Assembly (NCBI GenBank): GCA_965140705.1
Contig: OZ223300.1
Location: forward strand, 288,001-352,000
Source of the DNA: an uncultured Arcobacter sp.
GTDB taxonomy: Bacteria > Campylobacterota > Campylobacteria > Campylobacterales > Arcobacteraceae
Reading direction: 5' to 3'
Length of the DNA: 64,000 nucleotides
Shown here: positions 9,382 through 19,444 of the stretch, one piece after another
How positions within the stretch are numbered: the stretch's first letter is position 1
How the letters are laid out: each line of letters begins with the position of its first letter
Notes under the pieces: generated by a model
Told to the model about the DNA's origin: nothing
The model's input: only the letters and a program-made list of their open reading frames with translations
Database searches by the model: none
Made by a program: the position numbers and the translations under genes

Positions 9382-10593
9382 ATGTCTGATTTCTTTCAAA
9401 ATGGTGTGATAACAACTTTACAAAAATTAGGGGATAGAACACTTGAAGATATGGAAAGAGAGCTTGAGAAGTTTAGTCAAAGAAGAGGAATGGTTCTTTT
9501 ACTTCCAGCTCTTTATTCAGAGTTTCAAACTCCCTCTATGCATAAAATCATAGATGAATTAAAAAATGTGAAGTACCTTTATAAGATTATATTAGGACTT
9601 GACCAAGCTACAAAAGAGCAGTTTGAAGAGGTAAAAAAACTTATGTCTATACTTCCTTGTAAGGTTGATATTTTATGGAATGATGGACCAAACATTAAAG
9701 AGCTTTATAAAGATTTGACAATAGAGGGTTTTCCTGGACTTGAGACACCTGGAAAAGGAAGAAATGTTTGGACAATGATGGGTTATGGTTTAGCGGACAA
9801 GGACGCCTATGCTTTTGCACTTCATGATTGTGATATTGTAAATTATAATAGAGAGATTCCCGCTAGACTTTTTTTTCCAATAGTTCACCCAGCACTTGAT
9901 TTTGAGTTTAATAAAGGTTTTTATTCAAGGGTTACAAATAAACTTCATGGAAGAGCTACAAGGTTGCTTTATACTCCTTTATTAAACTCACTTAAAAAAG
10001 TTTATGGAGGGAGTAGGTATTTAGACTATATGGAGAGTTTTAGGTATTCCTTATCGGGAGAATTTTCATTTATAAGATCTCTTGGGCGAGGTATTGGTAT
10101 CTCTCCTACTTGGGGATTAGAAGTTTCTACATTAAGTGAAGTTTATAAAAATACTTCAAATAGAAGAATCTGCCAAACAGAGATAATGGAAAGCTATGAA
10201 CACAAACACCAAGAATTAAGTAGTCAAAGTGAAGGTGGTGGTATTTATAAAATGGCAAATGACATTGCAAAAACTATTTTTAGAGTTATGGCACAAGAGG
10301 GAGTAGTTTTTTCTTCTAGTTCTTTTAAAACCTTACTTGCAACATATTTCCAAGAGTCAAGATTTGAAATATCAAAATATAATGCACTAAGTAAATTAAA
10401 CGCATTAGATTATAATAGGGAAAAAGAGATTGAAGCTGTAAATACTTTTCAAGATGCTATAAAAAAAGCAGCAGAAGAGTTTTATGAAGATCCTATGGGG
10501 ATTCCATCATTATCATCTTGGATTACAGTTCGTTCTGTTATGCCAGAATTTTCTGCAAAATTTATAAAATATGTAAAGGAGGATAATGCATGA
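9382..10593 (+). CDS. gpgS: Glucosyl-3-phosphoglycerate synthase-type glycosyltransferase
   Basis: N-terminal MSDFFQNGVITTL, LLPALYSE, GKGRNVW, DxD (HDCDI), KGFYSR, GRATRL, YSLSGEF, WGLEV, YEHKHQ. Confidence 0.82.
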   Translation: MSDFFQNGVITTLQKLGDRTLEDMERELEKFSQRRGMVLLLPALYSEFQTPSMHKIIDELKNVKYLYKIILGLDQATKEQFEEVKKLMSILPCKVDILWNDGPNIKELYKDLTIEGFPGLETPGKGRNVWTMMGYGLADKDAYAFALHDCDIVNYNREIPARLFFPIVHPALDFEFNKGFYSRVTNKLHGRATRLLYTPLLNSLKKVYGGSRYLDYMESFRYSLSGEFSFIRSLGRGIGISPTWGLEVSTLSEVYKNTSNRRICQTEIMESYEHKHQELSSQSEGGGIYKMANDIAKTIFRVMAQEGVVFSSSSFKTLLATYFQESRFEISKYNALSKLNALDYNREKEIEAVNTFQDAIKKAAEEFYEDPMGIPSLSSWITVRSVMPEFSAKFIKYVKEDNA

Positions 10594-12338
10594 AAGGACC
10601 AAAACATATATCAGATTCCAAACATACTATAAATAAAAGACTTCATCGTTTATACCCAGAAGAGATAGCACAAAGGGCTGTAAATGATATCATTGATTTA
10701 ATTTTTAAATATAAACAAAGAATTAAACCAAGTGATTATCGTCTAAGCCAAAAAGATATTATTTTGATAACTTATGGTGACCAAGTATCAAAACTTCATG
10801 AACCATCTTTAGAGACTTTGAATAATTTTATGAATGACCATCTAAAAGGGGTAATAAATTCTATTCATATTTTACCTTTTTATCCATATTCAAGTGATGA
10901 TGGCTTTTCAGTTGTTAATTATAATGCCGTTGATCCTCATATGGGTTCATGGAGAGAAATTGAGTCAATAAGTAAAGATTATAGACTTATGGTAGATGGA
11001 GTTATAAATCACATCTCTCAATTTTCTGATTGGTTTAAAGCCTATTTAGCAGGTGATCCATATTTTCAAGATTTTTTTATCAATGTTGATCCTTCAATTG
11101 ATTTAAGTAAGGTTGTTCGCCCCAGAGCAACACCCCTTTTAAGTGAATTTATTGATGATGAGGGGAAGATAAAAAATATTTGGACAACCTTTAGTAAAGA
11201 CCAAGTTGATTTAAATTACAAAAGTCATAGGGTTTTACGAAATGTTTTAGATGCACTTTTTTATTATATAGAAAAAGGGGCAACCTTAATTAGACTTGAT
11301 GCTATAGCATTTATTTGGAAAGAGATAGGAACCTCTTGTGTTCATCTTCCCCAAACCCATGAACTAATACAACTCATGCGTGAGGTTTTACATGAAGTGG
11401 CACCTGAAGTTATTATTATTACAGAAACAAATGTTCCCCATAATGAAAATATTTCATACTTTGGAAGTGGAGAAGATGAGGCTCAGATGGTATATAACTT
11501 TGCTTTGCCTCCTTTATTATTACACTCGATTCTAAACTCAAATACTAAAAAACTAACTGCATGGGCGAAAACTTTAACTCTTCCTAGTGATAAGGTTTGT
11601 TTTTTTAATTTTACTGCAAGCCATGATGGGATAGGTATGCGTCCTATAAAAGGTATTTTAGAAGATGAAGAGATTGAAAATCTAGTAAAAACTGTAGAAG
11701 ACCATGGGGGATTAGTATCTTATAGAGCAGAAGAAGATGGAAGTCAGACTCCATATGAATTAAACTGCTCTTATATAGATGCTCTTACTCACCCAAAAGA
11801 AGATCAATACTTAAGAGTAAAAAGAATGTTAGTAACTCAAGCAGCTGTTTTAGCAATGCCAGGTGTTCCAGGAATTTATTTTCACTCTTTGGTGGGTTCT
11901 AAAAATTATCATGATGGGGTTAAACATACAGGTGTAAATCGTACAATAAATAGAGAAAAATACAATATTGATTGGTTGGAAAATGAACTTTCAAGTCAAG
12001 GAACTCTTGCAAAAACAATGTTTGATTCATATAAAAGACTTATATCTATACGAATAAGTGAAGAAGCATTTAATCCATTTGGAGAGTTTGAAATTCTAGA
12101 TTTAGATGATAGGCTTTTTGTTATAGATCAATCTTGTTGTGGTAATGAAAATAGAATTGTAGCAATACATAATTTCTCAAATGAAGAGGTTATGTGTAAG
12201 TTACCTGTTTCTATTTCCTTACCACTTTGTGATATACTTTCTTCAAACTGTATGTCAAAAAATGAAGAAAAAACAGAAAAAATGAATGAAATAAAATTAG
12301 AGCCATATCAAATTATGTGGCTAAAAGGCAAAATTTAA
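10590..12338 (+). CDS. GH13_18 sugar phosphorylase, probable glucosylglycerate phosphorylase (YcjM type)
   Basis: LITYGD, HILPFYPYSSDDGF, WTTFS.DQVDLN, RLDA nucleophile, TETN acid/base, ASHDGIG, PYELN loop. Confidence 0.85.
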   Translation: MKGPKHISDSKHTINKRLHRLYPEEIAQRAVNDIIDLIFKYKQRIKPSDYRLSQKDIILITYGDQVSKLHEPSLETLNNFMNDHLKGVINSIHILPFYPYSSDDGFSVVNYNAVDPHMGSWREIESISKDYRLMVDGVINHISQFSDWFKAYLAGDPYFQDFFINVDPSIDLSKVVRPRATPLLSEFIDDEGKIKNIWTTFSKDQVDLNYKSHRVLRNVLDALFYYIEKGATLIRLDAIAFIWKEIGTSCVHLPQTHELIQLMREVLHEVAPEVIIITETNVPHNENISYFGSGEDEAQMVYNFALPPLLLHSILNSNTKKLTAWAKTLTLPSDKVCFFNFTASHDGIGMRPIKGILEDEEIENLVKTVEDHGGLVSYRAEEDGSQTPYELNCSYIDALTHPKEDQYLRVKRMLVTQAAVLAMPGVPGIYFHSLVGSKNYHDGVKHTGVNRTINREKYNIDWLENELSSQGTLAKTMFDSYKRLISIRISEEAFNPFGEFEILDLDDRLFVIDQSCCGNENRIVAIHNFSNEEVMCKLPVSISLPLCDILSSNCMSKNEEKTEKMNEIKLEPYQIMWLKGKI

Positions 12339-12358
12339 AAAGAAAAAAGGATAAATAA

Positions 12359-13210
12359 ATGAACGCTAAAGATAAAACAATAACAAGTTGTCTATTTCCA
12401 GCAGCTGGATATGGAACAAGATTTCTTCCAGCAACAAAAGCTATGCCAAAAGAGATGTTACCAGTTCTTACAAAACCCTTGATTCAGTATGGAGTTGAAG
12501 AGGCTATGGAAGCTGGTTGCGACATTATGTCTGTTATTACAGGGCGAGGTAAAAGAGCTATAACAGATCATTTTGATATCTCTTATGAGTTAGAACACCA
12601 AATACAAGGTTCTTCAAAAGAGAAAATGTTAGCTGATATTAGAAATATTATTGATAAATGTACATTTACTTATACTAGACAAAATGAGATGAAAGGTTTA
12701 GGTGATGCCATATATAAAGGTAAAGTTTTAGTAGGAGATATTAATCCTTTTGCAGTAATTCTTGCAGATGACCTTTGTGTAAATCCAAAGGGTGATGGTA
12801 TTTTAGCTCAAATGGTAAAACTTTATAATAAATATAAATGTTGTATTGTAGCTTGTATGGAAGTACCTAAAGAAGATGTACATAAATATGGGGTAATAGA
12901 AGGTAATCAAATAGAAGATGGTGTTTTTATGGTATCAAATATGGTTGAAAAGCCTGATAATGATAAAGCTCCATCAAATTTAGCTGTTATAGGAAGATAT
13001 ATTTTAACACCAGATATTTTTGAAGTAATTCAAAATACAAAACCTGGTAAAAATGGAGAGTTACAAATTACTGATGCTTTATGTACACAAGCAAAAAAAG
13101 GCATGGTAATGGCTTATAAATTCCAAGGAAAAAGATTTGATTGTGGTAGTGTTGATGGTTTTGTTGAAGCTACAAACTATTTTTATAATTTAGAGAATAA
13201 AAAGAAATAA
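12359..13210 (+). CDS. galU: UTP-glucose-1-phosphate uridylyltransferase
   Basis: PAAGYGTRFLPATKAMPKEMLP, VEKP, GELQITDAL, RFDCGS. Confidence 0.96.
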   Translation: MNAKDKTITSCLFPAAGYGTRFLPATKAMPKEMLPVLTKPLIQYGVEEAMEAGCDIMSVITGRGKRAITDHFDISYELEHQIQGSSKEKMLADIRNIIDKCTFTYTRQNEMKGLGDAIYKGKVLVGDINPFAVILADDLCVNPKGDGILAQMVKLYNKYKCCIVACMEVPKEDVHKYGVIEGNQIEDGVFMVSNMVEKPDNDKAPSNLAVIGRYILTPDIFEVIQNTKPGKNGELQITDALCTQAKKGMVMAYKFQGKRFDCGSVDGFVEATNYFYNLENKKK

Positions 13211-13211
13211 A

Positions 13212-14672
13212 ATGAATACAAAAAATAATCTATGTGATTTTATTCTTTTTGGTGGACATGGTGATTTGGCATTTAGAAAACTTATGCCTGCACTTTATCA
13301 TCTATGTAAAGATAAATATATCTCAAGTGAAAGTAGAATAATAACAGTCTCAAGAAAAGAGATAAGCATAGATGAACACATAAAGCTTATAGAAGATAAA
13401 TTAAATGAATTTTTAAGTGAAGAAAAGATTGATGAAGAGTTTTTCAAAATCTTTAAAAAACAACTTCTTATGGTAACTATAGACTTTGCAGATGAAAAAT
13501 CATATGAAAAATTGCAAACTATTTTAAATGAACATAGTGATAGAGAGAGAATAAATTATCTATCAACTTCACCTGATTTTTTTGGAACTATTTGTAAGTC
13601 ATTAAATCACTGGAATTTAATAAGTCAACAAACAAGAGTTGTACTAGAAAAGCCTTTAGGAAGAGATTTAAAATCATCGCAAGAGATAAATAAAGAGGTT
13701 TTAAAATACTTTGAAGAGGATCAAATCTATAGAATTGACCACTATTTAGGTAAAGACACCGTTCAAAATATTATGGCTTTGAGATTTTCAAATAGACTTT
13801 TTGTTCCACTTTGGAACTCTAACCACATAGACCATGTACAAATAACAGTTGCAGAAAGTGTTGGTGTTGAGAATCGTTGGGGTTATTATAATGAGTATGG
13901 AGCCTTGAGGGATATGATTCAAAATCACCTTATGCAACTACTTTGTCTAATCGCTATGGAGCCTCCTTGTTCACTTGAAGCAAATAGTGTAAGGGATGAA
14001 AAAGTAAAAGTATTGCGTTCTTTTAGAAATATAAATGATGAAGATATCAAAACAAAAACGGTAAGAGCTCAATATAAAGCTGGTTCTTCAGATGGAAAAA
14101 CAGTTCCAGGGTATCTTGATGGAAAAGAGGAAGGAAGTAATACAGAAACTTTTGCAGCCATTAGAGTTGATATAGATAATTGGAGATGGAATGGAGTACC
14201 TTTTTATATAAGAAGTGGTAAACGTCTTCAAAGAAGAAATTCTGAGATTGTAATTCAGTTTAAAACTATTCCTCACTCTATATTTGGTGAAGATGAGACT
14301 TCAATAAATGCGAATAGATTAGTAATAACTTTACAACCAAAAGAGAGTATTGAGTTAAAGCTTATGAATAAAATCCCAGGGTTAAGTGATAGTATGAAAC
14401 TTCAACAAGTGGATTTAGAACTAAACTCACCCCATAATAGTGATAGAAAACCTGATGCCTATGAAAGACTTATTTTAGATGTGGTTCGTTCTAATCCTAC
14501 GCTTTTTATGAGACTTGATGAGGTAGAAACTGCTTGGAAATGGGCAGATAAGATTATAGAGGGTTGGGAAAAGAATCTCTCACCTATGAAAACCTATACA
14601 GCTGGAAGTGATGGACCAAGTGCCGCTATTCAATTAATCGCAAAAGATGGAAGAAGTTGGAATGATGAATGA
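13212..14672 (+). CDS. zwf: Glucose-6-phosphate 1-dehydrogenase
   Basis: FGGHGDLA.RKL.PAL, EKPLG, RIDHYLGK, RDMIQNHL, RWNGVPFY.RSGK. Confidence 0.97.
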   Translation: MNTKNNLCDFILFGGHGDLAFRKLMPALYHLCKDKYISSESRIITVSRKEISIDEHIKLIEDKLNEFLSEEKIDEEFFKIFKKQLLMVTIDFADEKSYEKLQTILNEHSDRERINYLSTSPDFFGTICKSLNHWNLISQQTRVVLEKPLGRDLKSSQEINKEVLKYFEEDQIYRIDHYLGKDTVQNIMALRFSNRLFVPLWNSNHIDHVQITVAESVGVENRWGYYNEYGALRDMIQNHLMQLLCLIAMEPPCSLEANSVRDEKVKVLRSFRNINDEDIKTKTVRAQYKAGSSDGKTVPGYLDGKEEGSNTETFAAIRVDIDNWRWNGVPFYIRSGKRLQRRNSEIVIQFKTIPHSIFGEDETSINANRLVITLQPKESIELKLMNKIPGLSDSMKLQQVDLELNSPHNSDRKPDAYERLILDVVRSNPTLFMRLDEVETAWKWADKIIEGWEKNLSPMKTYTAGSDGPSAAIQLIAKDGRSWNDE

Positions 14673-15357
14673 ATTTAAAGAATTTTTTTCAAGTGAAGAA
14701 TTAGCACAAAACCTAGCTTCTGATATTGCTTTAATATTAAAAAATAGTATAGATACTTTAGGAAAAGCTACTCTTTTAGTATCAGGGGGAAATACTCCAA
14801 AACTATTTTTTCAAAAACTTTCAAAGATAAACATTCAATGGGAAAAGGTAACCATTGGATTAGTAGATGAAAGATGGCTTGAAAATGATTCTAAAGATAG
14901 TAATGAGTTTTTAGTTAAAGAAAACTTACTCGTAAATTTTGCTAAAGAAGCTCATTTTATAGGGCTTTATGTAAAAGGAGTTAGTGCAAATTCTGCCCAA
15001 AAGATTTGTTCAAAGATTTATGAAAAAGAGTTTGAAAGAATTGATGTACTAATTTTGGGAATGGGTACTGATGGACATACTGCCTCATTATTTCCAAATA
15101 ATGAAAGACTAAAAGAGGCTTATGATTTAAAAAATGAAAACGTTTGTATCTCAATTGAGCCAACAACAGTTCCTTATACAAGAATGAGTTTAATATTAAA
15201 GAAAATTTTAGAAGCTAAAAATATAATATTACACATAGAAGGAAAAGAAAAGCTTGAAGTATACAATAGTGCTATAAATGCAAAAGATATTTATAAATAT
15301 CCAATAAGCTCAGTTTTAAGTCAAACTGACAAAAAAATAAAGGTTTATTACTCATGA
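14662..15357 (+). CDS. pgl: 6-phosphogluconolactonase (start at 14662 or 14665)
   Basis: VSGGNTP, VDERW, LGMGTDGHTASLFP; overlaps the zwf end. Confidence 0.93.
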   Translation: MMNEFKEFFSSEELAQNLASDIALILKNSIDTLGKATLLVSGGNTPKLFFQKLSKINIQWEKVTIGLVDERWLENDSKDSNEFLVKENLLVNFAKEAHFIGLYVKGVSANSAQKICSKIYEKEFERIDVLILGMGTDGHTASLFPNNERLKEAYDLKNENVCISIEPTTVPYTRMSLILKKILEAKNIILHIEGKEKLEVYNSAINAKDIYKYPISSVLSQTDKKIKVYYS

Positions 15358-17174
15358 ATAAAACAATAGAAGAAGTAACAAACAAAATAATAAAAAGATC
15401 CCAAAAAAGTAGAAAGATTTATCTATCTAGAATAAATGAAGCTAAAAAAAATAGTGTAAATAGGACAACTTTAGACTGTGCTAATTTAGCCCATGCTATT
15501 GCTCCAATGACCAATGAAGAAAAAGCTTATTTAAGCGATATGAAATCTTTTAATATGGGAATTGTAACAGCTTATAATGATATGTTATCAGCCCATGAAC
15601 CCTATGCTGCATATCCTGATATCTTAAAAAAAGAGCTTTTAAAACATAGTTCGACTGCTCAAGTTGCAGGTGGAGTTCCAGCAATGTGTGATGGGGTAAC
15701 TCAAGGGCAAGCAGGTATGGAATTATCACTTTTTTCTAGGGATAATATAGCTATGGGAACTGCAATTGCCTTGAGCCATAATACTTATGATGGAGCATTT
15801 TATTTGGGAATTTGTGACAAGATTGTTCCCGGATTAATGATTGGGGCTTTGAGTTTTGGACATTTACCAGCTATTTTTGTACCATCAGGTCCTATGCCTT
15901 CTGGTATTTCAAATAAAGAAAAAGCAAAAGTGAGACAAGAGTTTGCCCAAAACAAAGTAGATGAAAAAGCACTTTTTGAAGTGGAAAAGGCATCTTATCA
16001 TAGCTGTGGAACCTGTACTTTTTTTGGAACAGCAAACTCAAATCAAATGCTTTTGGAGATGATGGGCTTACAACTTCCTAATGGCTCTTTTGTAAATGCA
16101 AATACACCTTTAAGATATGCTTTGACAAAAAAATCAGCCCAAACTCTTATAAACTTATGTGAGAAAAAAATATCAATATCAGATATTGTAAATGAAAAAA
16201 CTTTTGTAAATGCAATTATTGGACTTATGGCAACAGGAGGTTCAACAAACCATACTATTCACTTAATTGCCATGGCAAAAGCAGCTGGGATAGTTCTTAC
16301 TTGGGAAGATTTTGATGATATTTCAAAAGTTACGCCATTACTTTGTAAAATGTATCCAAATGGAAGTGCAGATGTAAATCACTTTAGAGATGCGGGTGGG
16401 ATGAGTGTAGTTATAGCCCAACTTCTTGACTTAGACTTAGTTCATAATGATGTTCAAACAGTTGTTGGACATGGTTTAGATAATTTTATCAAAGAACCAA
16501 TTTTACAAAATGATGAACTGGTTTTTAATGATGGAGAAAAAAGTTCAAAAAATATAGAAGTAATCTCAAGTGCTAAAACTCCTTTTTCAAAAGAGGGTGG
16601 ATTAAAACTTTTAGTGGGAAATCTTGGTAAAAGTGTTATAAAAACTTCAGCTTTAAAAGAAGAGTATCTTTATATAAAAGCACCAGCAGTTGTATTTAAT
16701 TCACAAGAAGAGTTACAAAAAGAGTTTGTACAAGGAAAACTAGAAAAAGATTTTATTGCAGTTATAAGATATCAAGGGCCAAAGGCAAATGGAATGCCAG
16801 AACTTCATAAATTAATGCCTCCCCTTGGAGCCTTACAAGATAAGGGTTTTAAAGTAGCGATTATAACAGATGGTAGAATGTCAGGGGCTTCTGGAAAAGT
16901 TGCCTCTGCAATACATCTTTATCCTGAGGCTATTGAAGGTGGACTTATAGCAAAAATTGAAAATGGTGATATGATAGAGATGGATGTAAAAAATGGCACA
17001 ATAAAACTTCTAATTGATAAAGAAGTTTTAGAAAAAAGAGAAGTTAAACAGATAAATTTAGAAAAAAACAGACATGGTTTCGGACGAGAACTATTTTCAA
17101 GTATTAGAGAAAATGTAAGTTCAAGTGAAACCGGAGCAACTATTTTTAAACTTGTAGGAGAAGAAAACTTATGA
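15354..17174 (+). CDS. edd: 6-phosphogluconate dehydratase
   Basis: YNDMLSAH, AMCDGVTQG, CDKIVPG, GTCTFFGTANSNQ, GGSTNHT, GMPELHKL, TDGRMSGASG. Confidence 0.97.
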   Translation: MNKTIEEVTNKIIKRSQKSRKIYLSRINEAKKNSVNRTTLDCANLAHAIAPMTNEEKAYLSDMKSFNMGIVTAYNDMLSAHEPYAAYPDILKKELLKHSSTAQVAGGVPAMCDGVTQGQAGMELSLFSRDNIAMGTAIALSHNTYDGAFYLGICDKIVPGLMIGALSFGHLPAIFVPSGPMPSGISNKEKAKVRQEFAQNKVDEKALFEVEKASYHSCGTCTFFGTANSNQMLLEMMGLQLPNGSFVNANTPLRYALTKKSAQTLINLCEKKISISDIVNEKTFVNAIIGLMATGGSTNHTIHLIAMAKAAGIVLTWEDFDDISKVTPLLCKMYPNGSADVNHFRDAGGMSVVIAQLLDLDLVHNDVQTVVGHGLDNFIKEPILQNDELVFNDGEKSSKNIEVISSAKTPFSKEGGLKLLVGNLGKSVIKTSALKEEYLYIKAPAVVFNSQEELQKEFVQGKLEKDFIAVIRYQGPKANGMPELHKLMPPLGALQDKGFKVAIITDGRMSGASGKVASAIHLYPEAIEGGLIAKIENGDMIEMDVKNGTIKLLIDKEVLEKREVKQINLEKNRHGFGRELFSSIRENVSSSETGATIFKLVGEENL

Positions 17175-17794
17175 ATGCAAATGATGTAATGAAAATATCA
17201 CCAATAGTACCAGTTATTGCCCTTGATGATATAAAAGATGCCTTGCCTTTAGCAAAAGCTTTAAGTGAGGGTGGAATAAATATTATGGAGATAACTTTAA
17301 GAACAAAAGCTGGACTTAAAGCTATTAATCTTATCTCAAAAGAGATGCCATCTATGAATGTGGGAGCTGGAACAGTTTGCAATAATGTTGATTTGATGGA
17401 AGCAAAAGCAGTAGGTGCAAAATTTGTATTTTCTCCTGGAATTTCTCAAGAGTTAATAGATAGTGCAAAAAAATATAAGATGACAATTATTCCAGGAATT
17501 GCAACCGCTTCAGAAGTTATGCTTGCTCAAAATAATGGCATTTATAATTGCAAATTATTCCCTGCAATAATAAGTGGAGGAGTTGATATTTTAAAAGCTT
17601 TTCAAGGCCCTTTCCCAAAAATGAAGTTTTGTCCCACAGGTGGAGTAAATTTAGAAAATCTAAATGACTTTTTATCTTTAAAAAATGTTTTGTGTGTTGG
17701 TGGAACATGGATTATTCCAAAAGATATTATAAAAAGTGGTGATTTTGATAAGATTACTGAGTTATGTATTGAGGCACTGGCAAAAATAAAATAA
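17171..17794 (+). CDS. eda: KDPG/KHG aldolase
   Basis: EITLRT, VGAGTV, SPG, KLFPA, FCPTGGV, VGGTW. Confidence 0.96.
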   Translation: MNANDVMKISPIVPVIALDDIKDALPLAKALSEGGINIMEITLRTKAGLKAINLISKEMPSMNVGAGTVCNNVDLMEAKAVGAKFVFSPGISQELIDSAKKYKMTIIPGIATASEVMLAQNNGIYNCKLFPAIISGGVDILKAFQGPFPKMKFCPTGGVNLENLNDFLSLKNVLCVGGTWIIPKDIIKSGDFDKITELCIEALAKIK

Positions 17795-17806
17795 AAGGAG
17801 ATTATT

Positions 17807-19441
17807 TTGGCAAATGAATTAGCAGGAAAAAAAGCACCCAAAGAGATATTAGAGGATATCCCAAAACTACTTTCATCTTATTATGAAAATAAGCCAAATA
17901 TAAATGAAGTAAGTCAAAAAGTTAGTTTTGGTACATCTGGACATAGGGGAAGTTCCCTAAAAACAAGTTTCAATGAAGACCATATTTTAGCTATTTCTCA
18001 AGCCTTATGTGAATATAGAAAAGATGCAAAAATAACTGGAACTTTATATATAGGAATAGATACTCATGCCCTCTCAACTCCTGCTCAAACAACAGCATTA
18101 CAAGTATTTGTAGCAAATAAAGTAAAATGTAAAATTGCCCAAAATAAAAACTTCACGCCCACTCCTGTAATTTCCTTTACTATTTTAGAAGCAAATAAAA
18201 ATAGTGAAATATTAAATGATGGAGTTGTAATAACTCCTTCTCACAATCCACCAAGTGATGGTGGCTTTAAATATAATCCACCAAATGGTGGACCAGCAGA
18301 TAGTGATATTACAACTATCATAGAAAATAGAGCAAATGAGATTTTGGCAAATGGTTTAAAGGATGTAAAAAAAGTCCCAATTGAAGAGTTAGATGCTTCT
18401 TTGTTTGTAGAAGAGTTTGATTTTATAACTCCTTATGTAAAAGCTCTTGATACTATTATTGATATGTCTTGTATTAAAAAAGCAAATCTTAAAATTGGTG
18501 TTGACCCAATGGGTGGTTCTGGAATAGAAGTTTACAAAAAGATAAAAGAGATTTATGGTTTAAATCTTGAAATTGTAAATGATAAAGTTGATCCAACTTT
18601 TTCTTTTATGACTTGCGATCATGACGGTAAGATTAGAATGGATTGTTCATCAAAAGATGCAATGGCTTCATTAATAGGCTTAAAAGATAAATATGAATTA
18701 GCTTTTGCAAATGATCCTGACTTTGATAGACATGGAATAGTAACTCCAAGTGTTGGGCTTATGAATCCAAATCATTATCTCTCTGTTGCTATTTGGTATT
18801 TATTTTCAAATAGACCTTGGAGTGATGACTTAGGTATTGGGAAGACATTAGTCTCAAGTTCTATGATAGATAGAGTTGCAAAAATGCTTAATAAAAAGCT
18901 TTATGAAGTACCTGTTGGCTTTAAATGGTTTGTTGATGGTCTTTATGAAGGAACTTTAGGTTTTGGTGGAGAAGAGAGTGCTGGAGCTTCATTTTTAAGA
19001 TTTGATGGAAGTGTTTGGTCAACTGATAAAGATGGAATAATTTTAAATTTATTAGCAGCTGAGATTACTTCAAAACTAAAAAAAGATCCTGGAACTATTT
19101 ATAAAGAGTTGGAAGAAAAAAATGGGACTTCATATTATAAAAGAATCGATGCCCCAGCAACAATAGAGCAAAAAGCTAAACTAAAAAGTCTAAGTGTTGA
19201 AGATATAGTATCAAAAGAGCTTGCAGGGGAACTTATCGAAAATATTTTTACCAAAGCAGAGGGTAATAAAGCATCCATTGGAGGGCTAAAAGTGGTTACC
19301 AAAAATGGTTGGTTTGCAGCTCGTCCTTCAGGTACAGAAGATATATATAAAATCTATGCGGAGAGTTTTATAAGTAGTGAGCATTTGGAGCTTATTTTAA
19401 GCCAAGCTCAAGAGATAGTAACACAAAGTATAAAAGGATAA
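17807..19441 (+). CDS. pgm: Phosphoglucomutase (alpha-D-glucose phosphate-specific, E. coli Pgm type), TTG start
   Basis: FGTSGHRG, TPSHNP, DPDFDR, GGEESAG, RPSGTE; AAGGAG RBS. Confidence 0.96.
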   Translation: MANELAGKKAPKEILEDIPKLLSSYYENKPNINEVSQKVSFGTSGHRGSSLKTSFNEDHILAISQALCEYRKDAKITGTLYIGIDTHALSTPAQTTALQVFVANKVKCKIAQNKNFTPTPVISFTILEANKNSEILNDGVVITPSHNPPSDGGFKYNPPNGGPADSDITTIIENRANEILANGLKDVKKVPIEELDASLFVEEFDFITPYVKALDTIIDMSCIKKANLKIGVDPMGGSGIEVYKKIKEIYGLNLEIVNDKVDPTFSFMTCDHDGKIRMDCSSKDAMASLIGLKDKYELAFANDPDFDRHGIVTPSVGLMNPNHYLSVAIWYLFSNRPWSDDLGIGKTLVSSSMIDRVAKMLNKKLYEVPVGFKWFVDGLYEGTLGFGGEESAGASFLRFDGSVWSTDKDGIILNLLAAEITSKLKKDPGTIYKELEEKNGTSYYKRIDAPATIEQKAKLKSLSVEDIVSKELAGELIENIFTKAEGNKASIGGLKVVTKNGWFAARPSGTEDIYKIYAESFISSEHLELILSQAQEIVTQSIKG

Positions 19442-19444
19442 AAG

